From: an uncultured Bacteroidota bacterium
GTDB taxonomy: Bacteria > Bacteroidota > Bacteroidia > Bacteroidales > WCHB1-69
Assembly: GCA_942493315.1 (NCBI GenBank)
Contig: OW818690.1
Span: 942,696-1,006,695, forward strand
Direction: 5' to 3'
DNA: 64,000 nucleotides
The translations under genes were made by a program, and so were the position numbers. Below are positions 18,809 to 28,461 of this stretch, piece after piece (position 1 is the stretch's first letter; each line of letters opens with the position of its first letter). The notes beneath the pieces were generated by a model. That model ran no database searches. It saw only the letters and a list, made by a program, of their open reading frames with translations, and had not been told where the DNA came from.

Positions 18809-19732
18809 TTATTTTATAAACGGTACAAACCTCGATACCTTTTTTTGATAGTTTTTATATTCCGGATATTTGGAGGCGCTGATCGATTCACTGAAGGTGG
18901 AACTGCCTAAAAATAAAGCGATTAACAAGATGGATCCCGCGATACTCCAGTTGAACCATTGTCCACTTGCGGCAATGCTGAACCCGTAAAACATGAACCA
19001 GATCGCTTGCTCAGCAAAGTAATTGGGATGACGGCTGTAGTTCCATAAACCTCTGTCTAAGAATCCTTTGCTGTATTTTTCATCTAAAGGTAACCCTTGT
19101 TTCAATAACGCATGTTTGGCCGTCTGAAAACGGAATTGTTGAATATCTGCAATGGTTTCGTAAAGGATAAAAAAGAACATGAGAATCGCAAAAATGAGAT
19201 CCTTTGTGCCGAAAACTTCATGATTGAACTGTAAAGCTATCATAATGGGCATAGTAAACAAGAAAATGAGAAGATTCTGATACCCGCAGATAAATCCGAA
19301 ATTGAATAAACTCCATTTCCATTTGGCCTGAAACTCTTTCTGACTTCTTAAATATTTCCATCTGTAATCCTCTTCACCACCCCAGAATTTCCATTGATAA
19401 GCTCCTTTTAATCCAAAGTTGACACTTAATCGCAATCCCCATAAGGTTACCAAAACACTCATTACGACCAATCGTGTTGAGAAATCGCCGTAGTAAGCCA
19501 CGATCCAGGCGTAAATAACGGGTAAAATACTCCATATTTTGTCCACCTGACTGTTATTTCGGGTAAGTTCACCAACTATGAACGTTAAGAGAATAGAGGC
19601 TCCCAAAACCCATAAAAGGGGTTTTAAAGCGTTTAACTCAATTTCACATAGAGGAGTTCCTAAAAAGAGATATATTAAAGGAAAAGAGAGTAATGTTAAG
19701 CCTAAAATGGCTGCTACTGGTCCTTGTTTCAT
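18809..19732 (-). CDS. DUF1295 / steroid 5-alpha-reductase-like membrane protein
   Basis: Polytopic, with the C-terminal motif SRHPNYFAEQAIWFMFY typical of the DUF1295/ICMT-like superfamily. Confidence 0.7.
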   Translation of the reverse strand: MKQGPVAAILGLTLLSFPLIYLFLGTPLCEIELNALKPLLWVLGASILLTFIVGELTRNNSQVDKIWSILPVIYAWIVAYYGDFSTRLVVMSVLVTLWGLRLSVNFGLKGAYQWKFWGGEEDYRWKYLRSQKEFQAKWKWSLFNFGFICGYQNLLIFLFTMPIMIALQFNHEVFGTKDLIFAILMFFFILYETIADIQQFRFQTAKHALLKQGLPLDEKYSKGFLDRGLWNYSRHPNYFAEQAIWFMFYGFSIAASGQWFNWSIAGSILLIALFLGSSTFSESISASKYPEYKNYQKKVSRFVPFIK

Positions 19733-19743
19733 ACAATTTTGTT

Positions 19744-20826
19744 TTAAAAGTTACTTTTGAATATGATATGTTTTATGTTATTTCGGTTATACGTGTAGGT
19801 GATATGGATCAGACCATCAGAGGTTTTAATAATTGAGGGATAACTAAACTCTCCGGTTTCTTCATTTTCTAAAGAATATACGTCAAACCAGTCAGTTCCG
19901 TCAAAAGAGATTGAAATCATCAGTTTATGGCGGCCATTGACCCACTCTTTTCCACTTTCTGTAGGGTTATTCACTAAATAGGTGATCCCATTTTGTTGAG
20001 TGATGGCATCAATTCCCGAATTGGGATTCAGAATGTTTGTTTTTTTGAGAGGACTCCAAGTTTTGCCATCATCCACGGAAACAGACTCCATGATACAGTT
20101 CTGATTGCTCCGGCAAAGGGCATGGATCGAGCCATCAGGATATTGTAGCAGAGTGGGTTGGATCACTTTTACAGTGTTAGTGGTATCAATAGGAATCGTT
20201 ACCCAGCTTTTGCCTAAATCAGAGGAGCGTTCAATAAAAACATGCCATTCTTCCATCGTTTCAGTACTTGCAGGAAATAACCAGATTCCCGATGAGGTGA
20301 TGAGCGGCTTATTTTTAACAAGACCCAGTTGTTGCATCAATCGGGTAGGGGAACTCCAGGTTTTTCCATCATCTTTGGAATAGATGTATTCACCAAACCA
20401 TTCCCGTGGAGATTTGCCCACTTTGTAATAAAGATAGATCGTTTGATCAGGAGCTTTGAATAAAACAGGATTCCAGCAAGCAAATGTGTCAAGTGCATTT
20501 TTGTTGGAGTTTAGATGATCTATTCCTACAACCAAGCGTATTGGAGTGCTCCATTGGTGGTTATGAAAAATGGAACTGTGAATGGAAACATCTTTTGCTC
20601 CTTCATAACTTCCTTCAAACCAGGCGGACATTATATCTCCGTTAGAGAGTTCCACGATCGTTGAAGCGTGGCACATTTTGGAGTTGGAAAGTGGTATAAT
20701 AAAAGATTCGCCCTGTTTTTCAACATAAGGCATGGGTTGTCCCTGGATGATCAAAGAATCAAAAAATAAAATAGAAAAGATCAAAAATGTACTATAAAGA
20801 AACAGTTTTGATTCAGTTTTCATCAA
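19744..20826 (-). CDS. BNR/Asp-box repeat sialidase-like glycosidase
   Basis: Signal peptide and three Asp-boxes (SKDDGKTW, SSDLGKSW, SVDDGKTW). Confidence 0.65.
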   Translation of the reverse strand: MMKTESKLFLYSTFLIFSILFFDSLIIQGQPMPYVEKQGESFIIPLSNSKMCHASTIVELSNGDIMSAWFEGSYEGAKDVSIHSSIFHNHQWSTPIRLVVGIDHLNSNKNALDTFACWNPVLFKAPDQTIYLYYKVGKSPREWFGEYIYSKDDGKTWSSPTRLMQQLGLVKNKPLITSSGIWLFPASTETMEEWHVFIERSSDLGKSWVTIPIDTTNTVKVIQPTLLQYPDGSIHALCRSNQNCIMESVSVDDGKTWSPLKKTNILNPNSGIDAITQQNGITYLVNNPTESGKEWVNGRHKLMISISFDGTDWFDVYSLENEETGEFSYPSIIKTSDGLIHITYTYNRNNIKHIIFKSNF

Positions 20827-20845
20827 GAGTATTTTTAATTAAAAA

Positions 20846-21742
20846 TTATTTTTTGTTAAAGTATAAGTCGCTCATTACTAAGCGAATCATGAGATTGTAA
20901 TTAAAAGTAAAACCGGTAAAAAAGCCGTATAAATTATCTGAGTGTCCGAAAGAGCTAATGGAAAAGTTAATCGCAGGATCTAATGAAAAAGATTCATTGA
21001 AAACAATTTTCAGACCACCTGTCAGGGAAAGCCCATAGCCCGGTGCAGCCCAGTTTCTGTAGTTGGTAGGATTGGTTTGTCCCGGAATATAATTAGAAGA
21101 AACAGAAGAGAGCATATCAAAAGGGCTATCCTCAATCACAGCCTGGAAACTTTTTACTTTCAAATAGTTAAATTGAAGGCCCAATTCTACAAACGGTTTA
21201 AGAACAGGATTCAGATGAAATAAACGGCTAACAGACAGATCAAAAAAGGAGCGTTCCTCTTTTGCAGTAAGGTATTCCATCGCATAATTATTGCGCTCAT
21301 TTCCCGGAGGAAGGTCAAACATTATAAGAAAAACATCGGATGCAGTGAGTTTTACCGTGGAGTAATTGAGGGCAATTCCCCAGTCTTTATTCAGTTTATA
21401 TTTTACGCCAAGTCCAAAAATGGTCCCTACTTTATAGGACATATTCTTAGGGTAATCTCCCAACCAGAGCGAGTCCACATAAGCGTAATTGTTTTTTACC
21501 AATAACGAGATTTCGTTAAATCTATAGGTATTATCGAATAAAAGATTCAGATTTGCTTCATTTTCGGGCGCCCCATTGTAGTAGTTTGCAGTCGCCTTAT
21601 CTGCCAGGTAGATACCGCCACCAATATAGAAATCGAATCCGGCGGTTGACCAGGTTTCTTTTTTCCCTTTCCCTTTAGTTTGAGCAAATCCGGAAAGGAT
21701 GGAGAAAAGGAACAATATGAATATCAATCTTTTATACAACAT
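20846..21742 (-). CDS. Hypothetical outer-membrane-like protein
   Basis: Signal peptide and beta-strand-rich Gly/Tyr/Asn composition. I recognise no motif. Confidence 0.3.
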   Translation of the reverse strand: MLYKRLIFILFLFSILSGFAQTKGKGKKETWSTAGFDFYIGGGIYLADKATANYYNGAPENEANLNLLFDNTYRFNEISLLVKNNYAYVDSLWLGDYPKNMSYKVGTIFGLGVKYKLNKDWGIALNYSTVKLTASDVFLIMFDLPPGNERNNYAMEYLTAKEERSFFDLSVSRLFHLNPVLKPFVELGLQFNYLKVKSFQAVIEDSPFDMLSSVSSNYIPGQTNPTNYRNWAAPGYGLSLTGGLKIVFNESFSLDPAINFSISSFGHSDNLYGFFTGFTFNYNLMIRLVMSDLYFNKK

Positions 21743-21750
21743 AAGAAAAA

Positions 21751-23145
21751 TTATAAGTGGATCACTTCGCCATAAGCTGCGGCAGTTGCTTCCATGATTG
21801 CTTCAGAAAGGGTAGGGTGGGGGTGAACGGAATGGAGCACTTCTCTTCCGGTAACTTTCTTATTCATCGCAATAACAGCTCCGGAGATCATTTCCGTAAC
21901 ATTATCACCGATGAGGTGACAGCCGATCCATTCGTTTGTTTCCTGATCAAAGATCACTTTCACCATACCGTCTCTACTTCCTGCAGCGGTAGCTTTTCCG
22001 GATGCGGTGAATGGGAATTTTCCGATTAATACGGCTCTTCCGGCTGCTTTACAAGCTTGTTCAGTAACTCCTACAGAAGCAATTTCAGGAGTGGTATAGG
22101 TACAACCCGGAATCAAACCATAGTTGATAGGATGGGGATCTAAACCTGCAATTTTTTCTACACAAATCAAGGCTTCATGGGAAGCAACATGTGCTAAGGC
22201 AGGGCCATGAACGATATCTCCAATCGCATAAATTCCTTCGCAATTGGTTCTGTAGTAGTCATCTACAACCACTTTAGATTTTTCAACAGCAACACCATAC
22301 TCTTCCAAGCCAATCCCTTCAATATTGGTTGCCACTCCAACAGCAGAAAGCACGACTTCACATTCAACCTCTGTTATTTTTTCTTTGGCATCTTTGATGG
22401 TTACTTTACAAAGATCTCCTGAAGTATCCACACTTTCAACAGCAGCAGAGGTGATCACTTTGATACCTGCTTTACGAAAAGCACGACCTAAGTGTCCGGA
22501 AATCTCTTCATCTTCAACAGGCACTAAGTTAGGTAAGTACTCAACGATAGTAACTGCTGTTCCCATAGAAGCATAAAAATAAGCAAATTCACTGCCGATT
22601 GCACCGGATCCCATCACAACCATTGATTTTGGAAGGGTTGGTAAGGTAAGTGCTTCTCTATAGCCGATCACCTTTTTCCCATCCTGAGGAATGTGAGGAA
22701 GGGCTCTGGAGCGCGCACCGGTAGCCAAAATAATATGATCAGCGGTGTATTGTGAAATTGTTCCATCAGAAGCAGTTACGGATACGATTTTATCTTTTTC
22801 AATTTTTCCAAAACCTTCAATCACGGTAACATTATTTTTTTTCAATAAAAACTGAACCCCTTTACTCATGGTTTCCGCTACTGTACGACTGCGTTGCACA
22901 ACTGCAGGGAAATCGGGAGTGATGGTTCCGTCAATTTTGATACCGTAATTTTCGGCATGTTTGGTATAATTGAACACTTGTGCCGATTTTAGCAATGCTT
23001 TAGTTGGGATACAGCCCCAATTGAGGCAAATACCGCCCAATTCGGAACGTTCAACAACGGCCACTTTCATATTCAACTGACTGGCTCTGATGGCTGCTAC
23101 GTAACCACCTGGTCCACTACCAATAACAATAAGATCAAAATTCAT
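21751..23145 (-). CDS. lpdA: Dihydrolipoyl dehydrogenase
   Basis: GSGPGGY FAD fold, redox-active CLNWGCIPTK, and C-terminal HPHPTLSE. Confidence 0.9.
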   Translation of the reverse strand: MNFDLIVIGSGPGGYVAAIRASQLNMKVAVVERSELGGICLNWGCIPTKALLKSAQVFNYTKHAENYGIKIDGTITPDFPAVVQRSRTVAETMSKGVQFLLKKNNVTVIEGFGKIEKDKIVSVTASDGTISQYTADHIILATGARSRALPHIPQDGKKVIGYREALTLPTLPKSMVVMGSGAIGSEFAYFYASMGTAVTIVEYLPNLVPVEDEEISGHLGRAFRKAGIKVITSAAVESVDTSGDLCKVTIKDAKEKITEVECEVVLSAVGVATNIEGIGLEEYGVAVEKSKVVVDDYYRTNCEGIYAIGDIVHGPALAHVASHEALICVEKIAGLDPHPINYGLIPGCTYTTPEIASVGVTEQACKAAGRAVLIGKFPFTASGKATAAGSRDGMVKVIFDQETNEWIGCHLIGDNVTEMISGAVIAMNKKVTGREVLHSVHPHPTLSEAIMEATAAAYGEVIHL

Positions 23146-23199
23146 GCTATATAAATTTATGTTATGAAACTAAAAAAGCAAAAATACAGAAAAAAGTGA

Positions 23200-24045
23200 T
23201 TATCTGATCACCTCTCTTCGATCAATATATTTAGAAAAATGGATCACCGGAACTCCCAAAGCCATCCCGGCATGAATAGTACCTTTGATCCCCAATAATT
23301 TAGACAATTTCCCTTTTTTATCCTGAGCTAAAGCGGAAAGAACAAAACCAGTATAAAATTGACCGATTCCTAAAGTTTCAGCCATTAAAGAACCGTTTTG
23401 ATAGGCAAGATTAGCATCAGCACATCCAAAGTATTGATTTTTAGTAGTATATATAAAGATGACAGTAGTAGCACCTCTCAGAATGATATCTTTCCCTGCC
23501 TTGTATTCATCTTCCATCTTTTTAAATCCGGAAACATATTTTGCTATTTCAGGAGCAAAAAGTTTAAGAAATGGTTTAATGAGTGGAAAATTTAGAAATT
23601 TAGCAATTTTTGAAAAGATTTCAATGGTATAATCTGAAATCAATTTCAAGTCATTAGGATCAGAAAATACTTTAAAAAAAACACGTTGAGCATTACTTGC
23701 CGTAGGAGCGCGATGAGCAGCTTCCAGAATTTGATCTATGAGGAATTCAGCGACAGGTTCTTTTGTAAAAATTCGTCTGGAACGGCGCGTTTTGAGTAGT
23801 AACATTAGTTGCTCCGGTGTGGGTAGTTCATTGGATTTAAAAGAGTGGATTTTCTCTTTCGGAAAAGTTTCATGTTCAATCGAATCTGTAGGACAAACAG
23901 CCACGCAATGACCACATTTGATACAAAACTCAATATTTTGAAAGGTAGGGATTCCTAACTCCGATTTTACAAAAATTTCAGAGGGGCACACTTTTACACA
24001 ACGATCACATTGAATGCACGTTGACTCATCAATCAATAAATTCAT
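23200..24045 (-). CDS. 2x[4Fe-4S] ferredoxin domain fused to a nitroreductase-family domain
   Basis: CIQCDRCVKVCP and CIKCGHCVAVCP clusters, followed by nitroreductase-like RRSRRIF..APTASNAQ. Confidence 0.7.
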   Translation of the reverse strand: MNLLIDESTCIQCDRCVKVCPSEIFVKSELGIPTFQNIEFCIKCGHCVAVCPTDSIEHETFPKEKIHSFKSNELPTPEQLMLLLKTRRSRRIFTKEPVAEFLIDQILEAAHRAPTASNAQRVFFKVFSDPNDLKLISDYTIEIFSKIAKFLNFPLIKPFLKLFAPEIAKYVSGFKKMEDEYKAGKDIILRGATTVIFIYTTKNQYFGCADANLAYQNGSLMAETLGIGQFYTGFVLSALAQDKKGKLSKLLGIKGTIHAGMALGVPVIHFSKYIDRREVIR

Positions 24046-24050
24046 AAAAT

Positions 24051-24380
24051 TTAAATCGTTATTTTTCCCGATTTATTTCCAAATTTATTGCAAGTGGTTT
24101 TCACTTCAACAACATCCCCTTTTTTAAGAGGTAAATCAAGAAGGAATGTTGAATAATCCACATCATTTTGATGGGTAAGCTCCATAGTTTTCACAACTTC
24201 TCCATTTACAACGATAACAACTGTTTTGATGTAATGAGTGTTGAAGTTTTTCACTTTATGAGTGATGTTAATATCCAACTTACCGTTCTTGTAACTTAAT
24301 ATCACTTTTGATGCAGGATGTGCATTTACAGTGAATGCAAAGAAGACGGATAAAATGGTTAATAAAAGGAATCTTTTCAT
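24051..24380 (-). CDS. Secreted small protein, superoxide-reductase (desulfoferrodoxin Fe-domain)-fold-like, paralog B
   Basis: Signal peptide. ITHKVKNFNTHYIKTVVI and TCNKFGNKS resemble the SOR blocks HP..(E/H)HYI and CN.HG, but the ligand set is incomplete. Confidence 0.35.
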   Translation of the reverse strand: MKRFLLLTILSVFFAFTVNAHPASKVILSYKNGKLDINITHKVKNFNTHYIKTVVIVVNGEVVKTMELTHQNDVDYSTFLLDLPLKKGDVVEVKTTCNKFGNKSGKITI

Positions 24381-24399
24381 TGTTTCTTTTTTTTAATTG

Positions 24400-24597
24400 T
24401 TAACTGAAGAAGTAATTATATAACATGGTACATCCATGAATTAAAGCAAATACAAATCCTACAATTCCAACTCTTTTATGGACTTTATATTTAGGTTTAA
24501 TTTTTATATATCTCATTCCTGTAAGAAAAGAGAAAATCATCATTAATAATCCTAAAATGCCAAGATATATTATAATATCATAAAAAGTAATTTCCAT
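24400..24597 (-). CDS. Small 2-TM membrane protein with conserved His (cytochrome-b/ferric-reductase-like?)
   Basis: 65 aa with two hydrophobic helices and the sequence HKRVGIVGFVFALIHG. It is tightly packed between the two paralogs. Confidence 0.35.
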   Translation of the reverse strand: MEITFYDIIIYLGILGLLMMIFSFLTGMRYIKIKPKYKVHKRVGIVGFVFALIHGCTMLYNYFFS

Positions 24598-24602
24598 AGT
24601 GT

Positions 24603-24935
24603 TTAAATTTTAATTTTATTTGATTTGTTTCCAAATTCGTTACATCTGGCTTTCACTTCAATAACATCTCCGGCTTTAGCAGTTGGGATATCTATCACTA
24701 CAGTTTCTCCTTTTTCAGATGTTTGTTTGGTATATTTTAAGGTTTTAAACTCTTTACCATTAATTGTAATTACAACTTGATCAATATAGTGGTCACCAGT
24801 ATTTTTCACAGGATGAACAATGTCAGCTGTTAATTTATTGTTTTTAACAGTAAGATTAATTTTTTTAGGAGGATCAGCTTTTACAATAAAAGCAAATAGC
24901 ACTAATGCAATGGTTAACAAAATTGTTTTTTTCAT
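24603..24935 (-). CDS. Secreted small protein, SOR-fold-like, paralog A
   Basis: Signal peptide, plus DIVHPVKNTGDHYIDQVVI and RCNEFGNKS. It is a clear paralog of 24051-24380. Confidence 0.35.
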   Translation of the reverse strand: MKKTILLTIALVLFAFIVKADPPKKINLTVKNNKLTADIVHPVKNTGDHYIDQVVITINGKEFKTLKYTKQTSEKGETVVIDIPTAKAGDVIEVKARCNEFGNKSNKIKI

Positions 24936-24939
24936 AGTT

Positions 24940-25569
24940 TTATAATTTAATAGTTACAGTGGCAACAAAAAGTGAGCTAAAGGCCAGAATCCCTGCAGCT
25001 CTGTGATATGGTTTTAATACAGGATAAGTTTCAATTAAACTACTTAGGATATTAACAGCTAACATACTTGAAACGTGAACAATAGACATCGTTCTATGAA
25101 GTCTAAACTTGGTAAATCCTTTTGCCCGATCTTTCATGGGTGGAGGTGTGAATAGTATGGTTCCTAATGATGTAAAATAGGTAACGTTGGTAAAAGTGGC
25201 TAACCCTTCATGAAAATCTTTAATGTCTCTATTTCCTTGATATAGGAATTGCCCGGTAATACCTGTACCGATCATTCCTACTAATGATGCAAATGCCAAA
25301 TATTGGTGAGTTGTTATCATTACAGATCTGATGTTCATTTCAATATCACGAGAGGTAGAAGAAAGTTTAAACATATCAAAATTTCTCATTAAACCTCTCT
25401 CTCCCCATAATATTTTTTGCGTGAAAAGATATCGATCGGGTAGTAGTTTAATCGTATCATCAAAATGAATCGCACCGACCGGGCGTAATGGAGATAAAGT
25501 AAAAGGATTTGAAGAAAATCCTATTTGTAAAATTGATAACAGAAATAGTAAAATAAGTAATTTTTTCAT
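24940..25569 (-). CDS. 4-TM His-containing membrane protein (start moved to the ATG at 25569)
   Basis: The signal/anchor MKKLLILLFLL follows the ATG, whereas the tracked start at 25608 is a TTG. Helices carry His residues (THQYLAF, FHEGLATF, HRTMSIVHV, YHRAAG). Confidence 0.4.
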   Translation of the reverse strand: MKKLLILLFLLSILQIGFSSNPFTLSPLRPVGAIHFDDTIKLLPDRYLFTQKILWGERGLMRNFDMFKLSSTSRDIEMNIRSVMITTHQYLAFASLVGMIGTGITGQFLYQGNRDIKDFHEGLATFTNVTYFTSLGTILFTPPPMKDRAKGFTKFRLHRTMSIVHVSSMLAVNILSSLIETYPVLKPYHRAAGILAFSSLFVATVTIKL

Positions 25570-25799
25570 GATTTTGATTTTGGGTTTGTTATAGCTGTTG
25601 TTTAACAAAACAAAAATAACAAATAATCTAAATATAGTATCAATAAGTCTTATTTATTTTATCTATAGATTGTTTTACAATGATTTTGTTAAAAATTTTA
25701 GATCATCAGGCTATTGTTTTTTTAAACAAAATTTATAAGTGTCTAAAATACAATAAAATAAAAATTTTCAAAATTAGTTAGATGTATCTAATTAAATTA

Positions 25800-25807
25800 T
25801 ATTTTTG
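25800..25807 (+). promoter_or_regulatory. -7 promoter box (TATTTTTG) for the marR-CDF operon
   Basis: TAnnTTTG match. It overlaps the TTG start tracked at 25805, which supports the ATG at 25823 as the true start. Confidence 0.4.
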
Positions 25808-25822
25808 CAGAAATTTTTGAAT

Positions 25823-26251
25823 ATGGAAAACAGTTTAGAGCAATTATTAAAAGAGATCATTCACACTTTTGATTTTATGGAGGAAGAAATGAAGGGTAAA
25901 AGTGAAATGTTGGAATTGACATCCAGACAAATTTTCTGTATTGAACAGATTAAATGTATGCAAAATCCTAATCTATCAGAGTTAGCAGAGATCATGAATA
26001 TTGCAAAACCATCGATGACAGTAATGATCAATCGTCTTGAAAAAAATCTGTTAGTGAACAAAGTACAATCTGACAGTGATCGGAGAACGGCGCATATTCA
26101 TTTAACGGAAAAAGGGGAGACAGCAGCAAGTTTGCACGAGGATTTACACAAAAAAATTGCAGAAATATTGGTTTCAGATTTAACAGAATCAGAAAGGGAG
26201 ATCTTAATAGTTTTATTGAATAAAGCGGTAAGGTCGTTAAAATTACAATAA
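25823..26251 (+). CDS. MarR-family transcriptional regulator
   Basis: Winged-helix pattern LTSRQIFCIEQI..LSELAEIMNIAKPSMTVMINRLEKNLLVNKVQSDSDRRTAHIHLTEKG. Confidence 0.8.
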   Translation: MENSLEQLLKEIIHTFDFMEEEMKGKSEMLELTSRQIFCIEQIKCMQNPNLSELAEIMNIAKPSMTVMINRLEKNLLVNKVQSDSDRRTAHIHLTEKGETAASLHEDLHKKIAEILVSDLTESEREILIVLLNKAVRSLKLQ

Positions 26252-26271
26252 AAGGATCAAAAAAAGAAGTT

Positions 26272-27153
26272 ATGGCAAAAGAAAAGAGAAAAGTAGCGTT
26301 TATTTCGGTAATAGCAGCTGTTTTTTTAACAGGATTTAAACTTGTTGTAGGTTTATTAACAGGTAGTTTAGGAATTTTATCTGAGGCATTACACTCCGGA
26401 TTGGATTTGGTTGCAGCAGTAATTACTTATTTTTCAGTAAAGATTTCAGATAAACCTGCCGATGAGGAGCACAATTACGGACATGGAAAAGTGGAGAATT
26501 TATCAGCATTTATTGAAACGATCCTTTTATTGATCACCTGTGTCTGGATTATTTATGAAGCAGTGTATAGAATTGTTACTAAAAACTTGCATATAGAAGT
26601 TACAATTTGGAGTTATATTGTGGTTGTTAGTTCCATAATAATAGATATTAACAGATCTAGGATGTTATCAAAAGCAGCCAAAAAACACAATAGCCAGGCG
26701 CTTGAAGCAGATGCCTTACATTTTTCAACTGATATTTGGAGTTCCGTTGTCGTTCTTTTTGGATTAATTGGTGCCAATTTCGGATTTCATTTAGCCGATT
26801 CTATTGCTGCAATAGCAGTAGCTCTTATTGTTTTGGTTGTTTCTTACAGATTGGGAAGAAGAGCGATAGATGTTTTATTAGATAGCGCCCCTAAAGAATC
26901 AAAAAATATTGTTAATCAAGTTCTTGAAAAGCATCCTGATGTGAAAAAGTTTCATCAGGTTAAGATTAGAACCTCAGGAGCAGACACCTTTATTAAATTC
27001 AACATTCATGTTGATCCATTGATTTCTCTAAAAGAAACGCATGAATTGTGTGATAAAATTGAACAAGATATTAAAGCTCAAATTCCGAGAAGTGAGATCT
27101 TTATTCATGCAGAACCGGAGGATGAAACCCATATTCGTCAGGAGATGGAGTGA
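26272..27153 (+). CDS. Cation diffusion facilitator (CDF) metal efflux transporter
   Basis: 6 TM, with HSGLDLVAA and HFSTDIWSS metal-site motifs and a C-terminal cytoplasmic domain. Confidence 0.9.
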   Translation: MAKEKRKVAFISVIAAVFLTGFKLVVGLLTGSLGILSEALHSGLDLVAAVITYFSVKISDKPADEEHNYGHGKVENLSAFIETILLLITCVWIIYEAVYRIVTKNLHIEVTIWSYIVVVSSIIIDINRSRMLSKAAKKHNSQALEADALHFSTDIWSSVVVLFGLIGANFGFHLADSIAAIAVALIVLVVSYRLGRRAIDVLLDSAPKESKNIVNQVLEKHPDVKKFHQVKIRTSGADTFIKFNIHVDPLISLKETHELCDKIEQDIKAQIPRSEIFIHAEPEDETHIRQEME

Positions 27154-27179
27154 TGCTTGTTTCTATAAACCGAAGAATC

Positions 27180-27499
27180 AACTCTTGAAATGGAAAACGA
27201 ATGATGAAATACAAGGGAGTTACTAAAGCTGTAATTCCATATCCTAAAATCATAAACGGTTTATTTTTGCCAATTTTATCGCTCCAGTATCCCGAAAACG
27301 CTTTAAATAGGGAAGCCGTACTCTCTGCAATCCCTTCAATTAATGAAATGGATGTTTTCGTTGCCCCTAAGGATAATAGGAACAAAGGCATCACACTGTA
27401 AATCATTTTGACGGAAGTGTCTGTTAGAAAACTGGTTAATCCGGTGAAGAATACATTTTTTTCTAAGCCTAAGTATTTTTTAGGTTTCAAACGGTTCAT
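27180..27499 (-). pseudogene. MFS transporter N-terminal remnant
   Basis: The first roughly 105 aa are MFS-like (FFTGLTSFLTDTSVKMIYSVMPLFLLSLGAT..GYWSDKIGKNKPF). The reading frame then runs into the antisense of the CDF 3' end (overlap 27101-27153). Confidence 0.55.
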
Positions 27500-27500
27500 C

Positions 27501-27719
27501 TTAATGGATTGCTCTTTCTTTGTATTTGGTAAATAGGATATACGTTATTTCATCATAATTTTCATAAATATCGTTTCTTAACTCTAAATAACGTTCATCG
27601 GTCAGATTGATGCCCAAAATAGTATGTCCGGGGATTCCGGGAAGCATTGTTCCTCCGGTTGAAGTGGTAAAACTCGATTTGAGCCAAAAAGCAGTTCTAA
27701 ATTTTGATGTGAGGGTCAT
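27501..27719 (-). CDS. Hypothetical 72-aa protein
   Basis: ORF only. It is stop-start adjacent to the MFS remnant. Confidence 0.2.
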   Translation of the reverse strand: MTLTSKFRTAFWLKSSFTTSTGGTMLPGIPGHTILGINLTDERYLELRNDIYENYDEITYILFTKYKERAIH

Positions 27720-27736
27720 TTTGAAGAGTTTTATTT

Positions 27737-28408
27737 TTATATTTTTTTGAACTGTTTAATGCTGCTTAAACACAAAAGGATCATTCCTCCTCCTAATCCC
27801 AGGTTGATGAATAGAAAGGTTAAGATGTCAATTTGTAGCAAAAAACTGACACATCCAAAAAGTGAGGATACCGAAGCGATTAAAAGACCAAGTTTTACAC
27901 CTTTTGACCTTTGGTTTGCAATCGATTCAAAATATAAAAACAGATTACATAATCCAAGAAATAATCCCCATCCTAACATGTTTACAGATGAAGAAAAAGA
28001 GGTGGGATTGGCCTGTAAAAAATGGTCTAATCCTGAGATGTTTCCACTATTTATTGCAAATCTTACGGAACTGATTTGAGCAAAATAATGAATGGAAGAA
28101 CAAACGGCAAAAAGGATCCCAAAAACAGAGGCAATTTTAGTTACAATTTTTGTTTCCGGTTGGGAAAACTCCTCCCAAACCAAGACTAAAACCAAAAAGG
28201 AAATAGAAAAAAGGATCATCCATATTTTCGCAAAATAGGAGAAAAACTGAGGATAAGTCTTATAAAAAGTAAGATAATTTTCAAGATCACTCCAGAGATA
28301 AAGGGGAGAAGACAGAGCTATCCCGATAAAAGAGATGATCCAGATTATAAATGAGAGTAAACAGATTCGGGCACTCCAGAGTGCTATATTTTTTTTAAAT
28401 GTATTCAT
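27737..28408 (-). CDS. Hypothetical polytopic membrane protein
   Basis: 223 aa with about 6 hydrophobic helices. Confidence 0.4.
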   Translation of the reverse strand: MNTFKKNIALWSARICLLSFIIWIISFIGIALSSPLYLWSDLENYLTFYKTYPQFFSYFAKIWMILFSISFLVLVLVWEEFSQPETKIVTKIASVFGILFAVCSSIHYFAQISSVRFAINSGNISGLDHFLQANPTSFSSSVNMLGWGLFLGLCNLFLYFESIANQRSKGVKLGLLIASVSSLFGCVSFLLQIDILTFLFINLGLGGGMILLCLSSIKQFKKI

Positions 28409-28461
28409 AATTAATGTTTTGTTAAATTTGATAATAAATAAGATTCTGTATAAAGATCCTA

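Noticed and set aside
27041-27401. ORFs 27041-27226 and 27201-27401 (plus strand)
   Set aside because: They overlap the CDF 3' end and the antisense of the MFS remnant, and have no motifs or promoter, so they are considered spurious.
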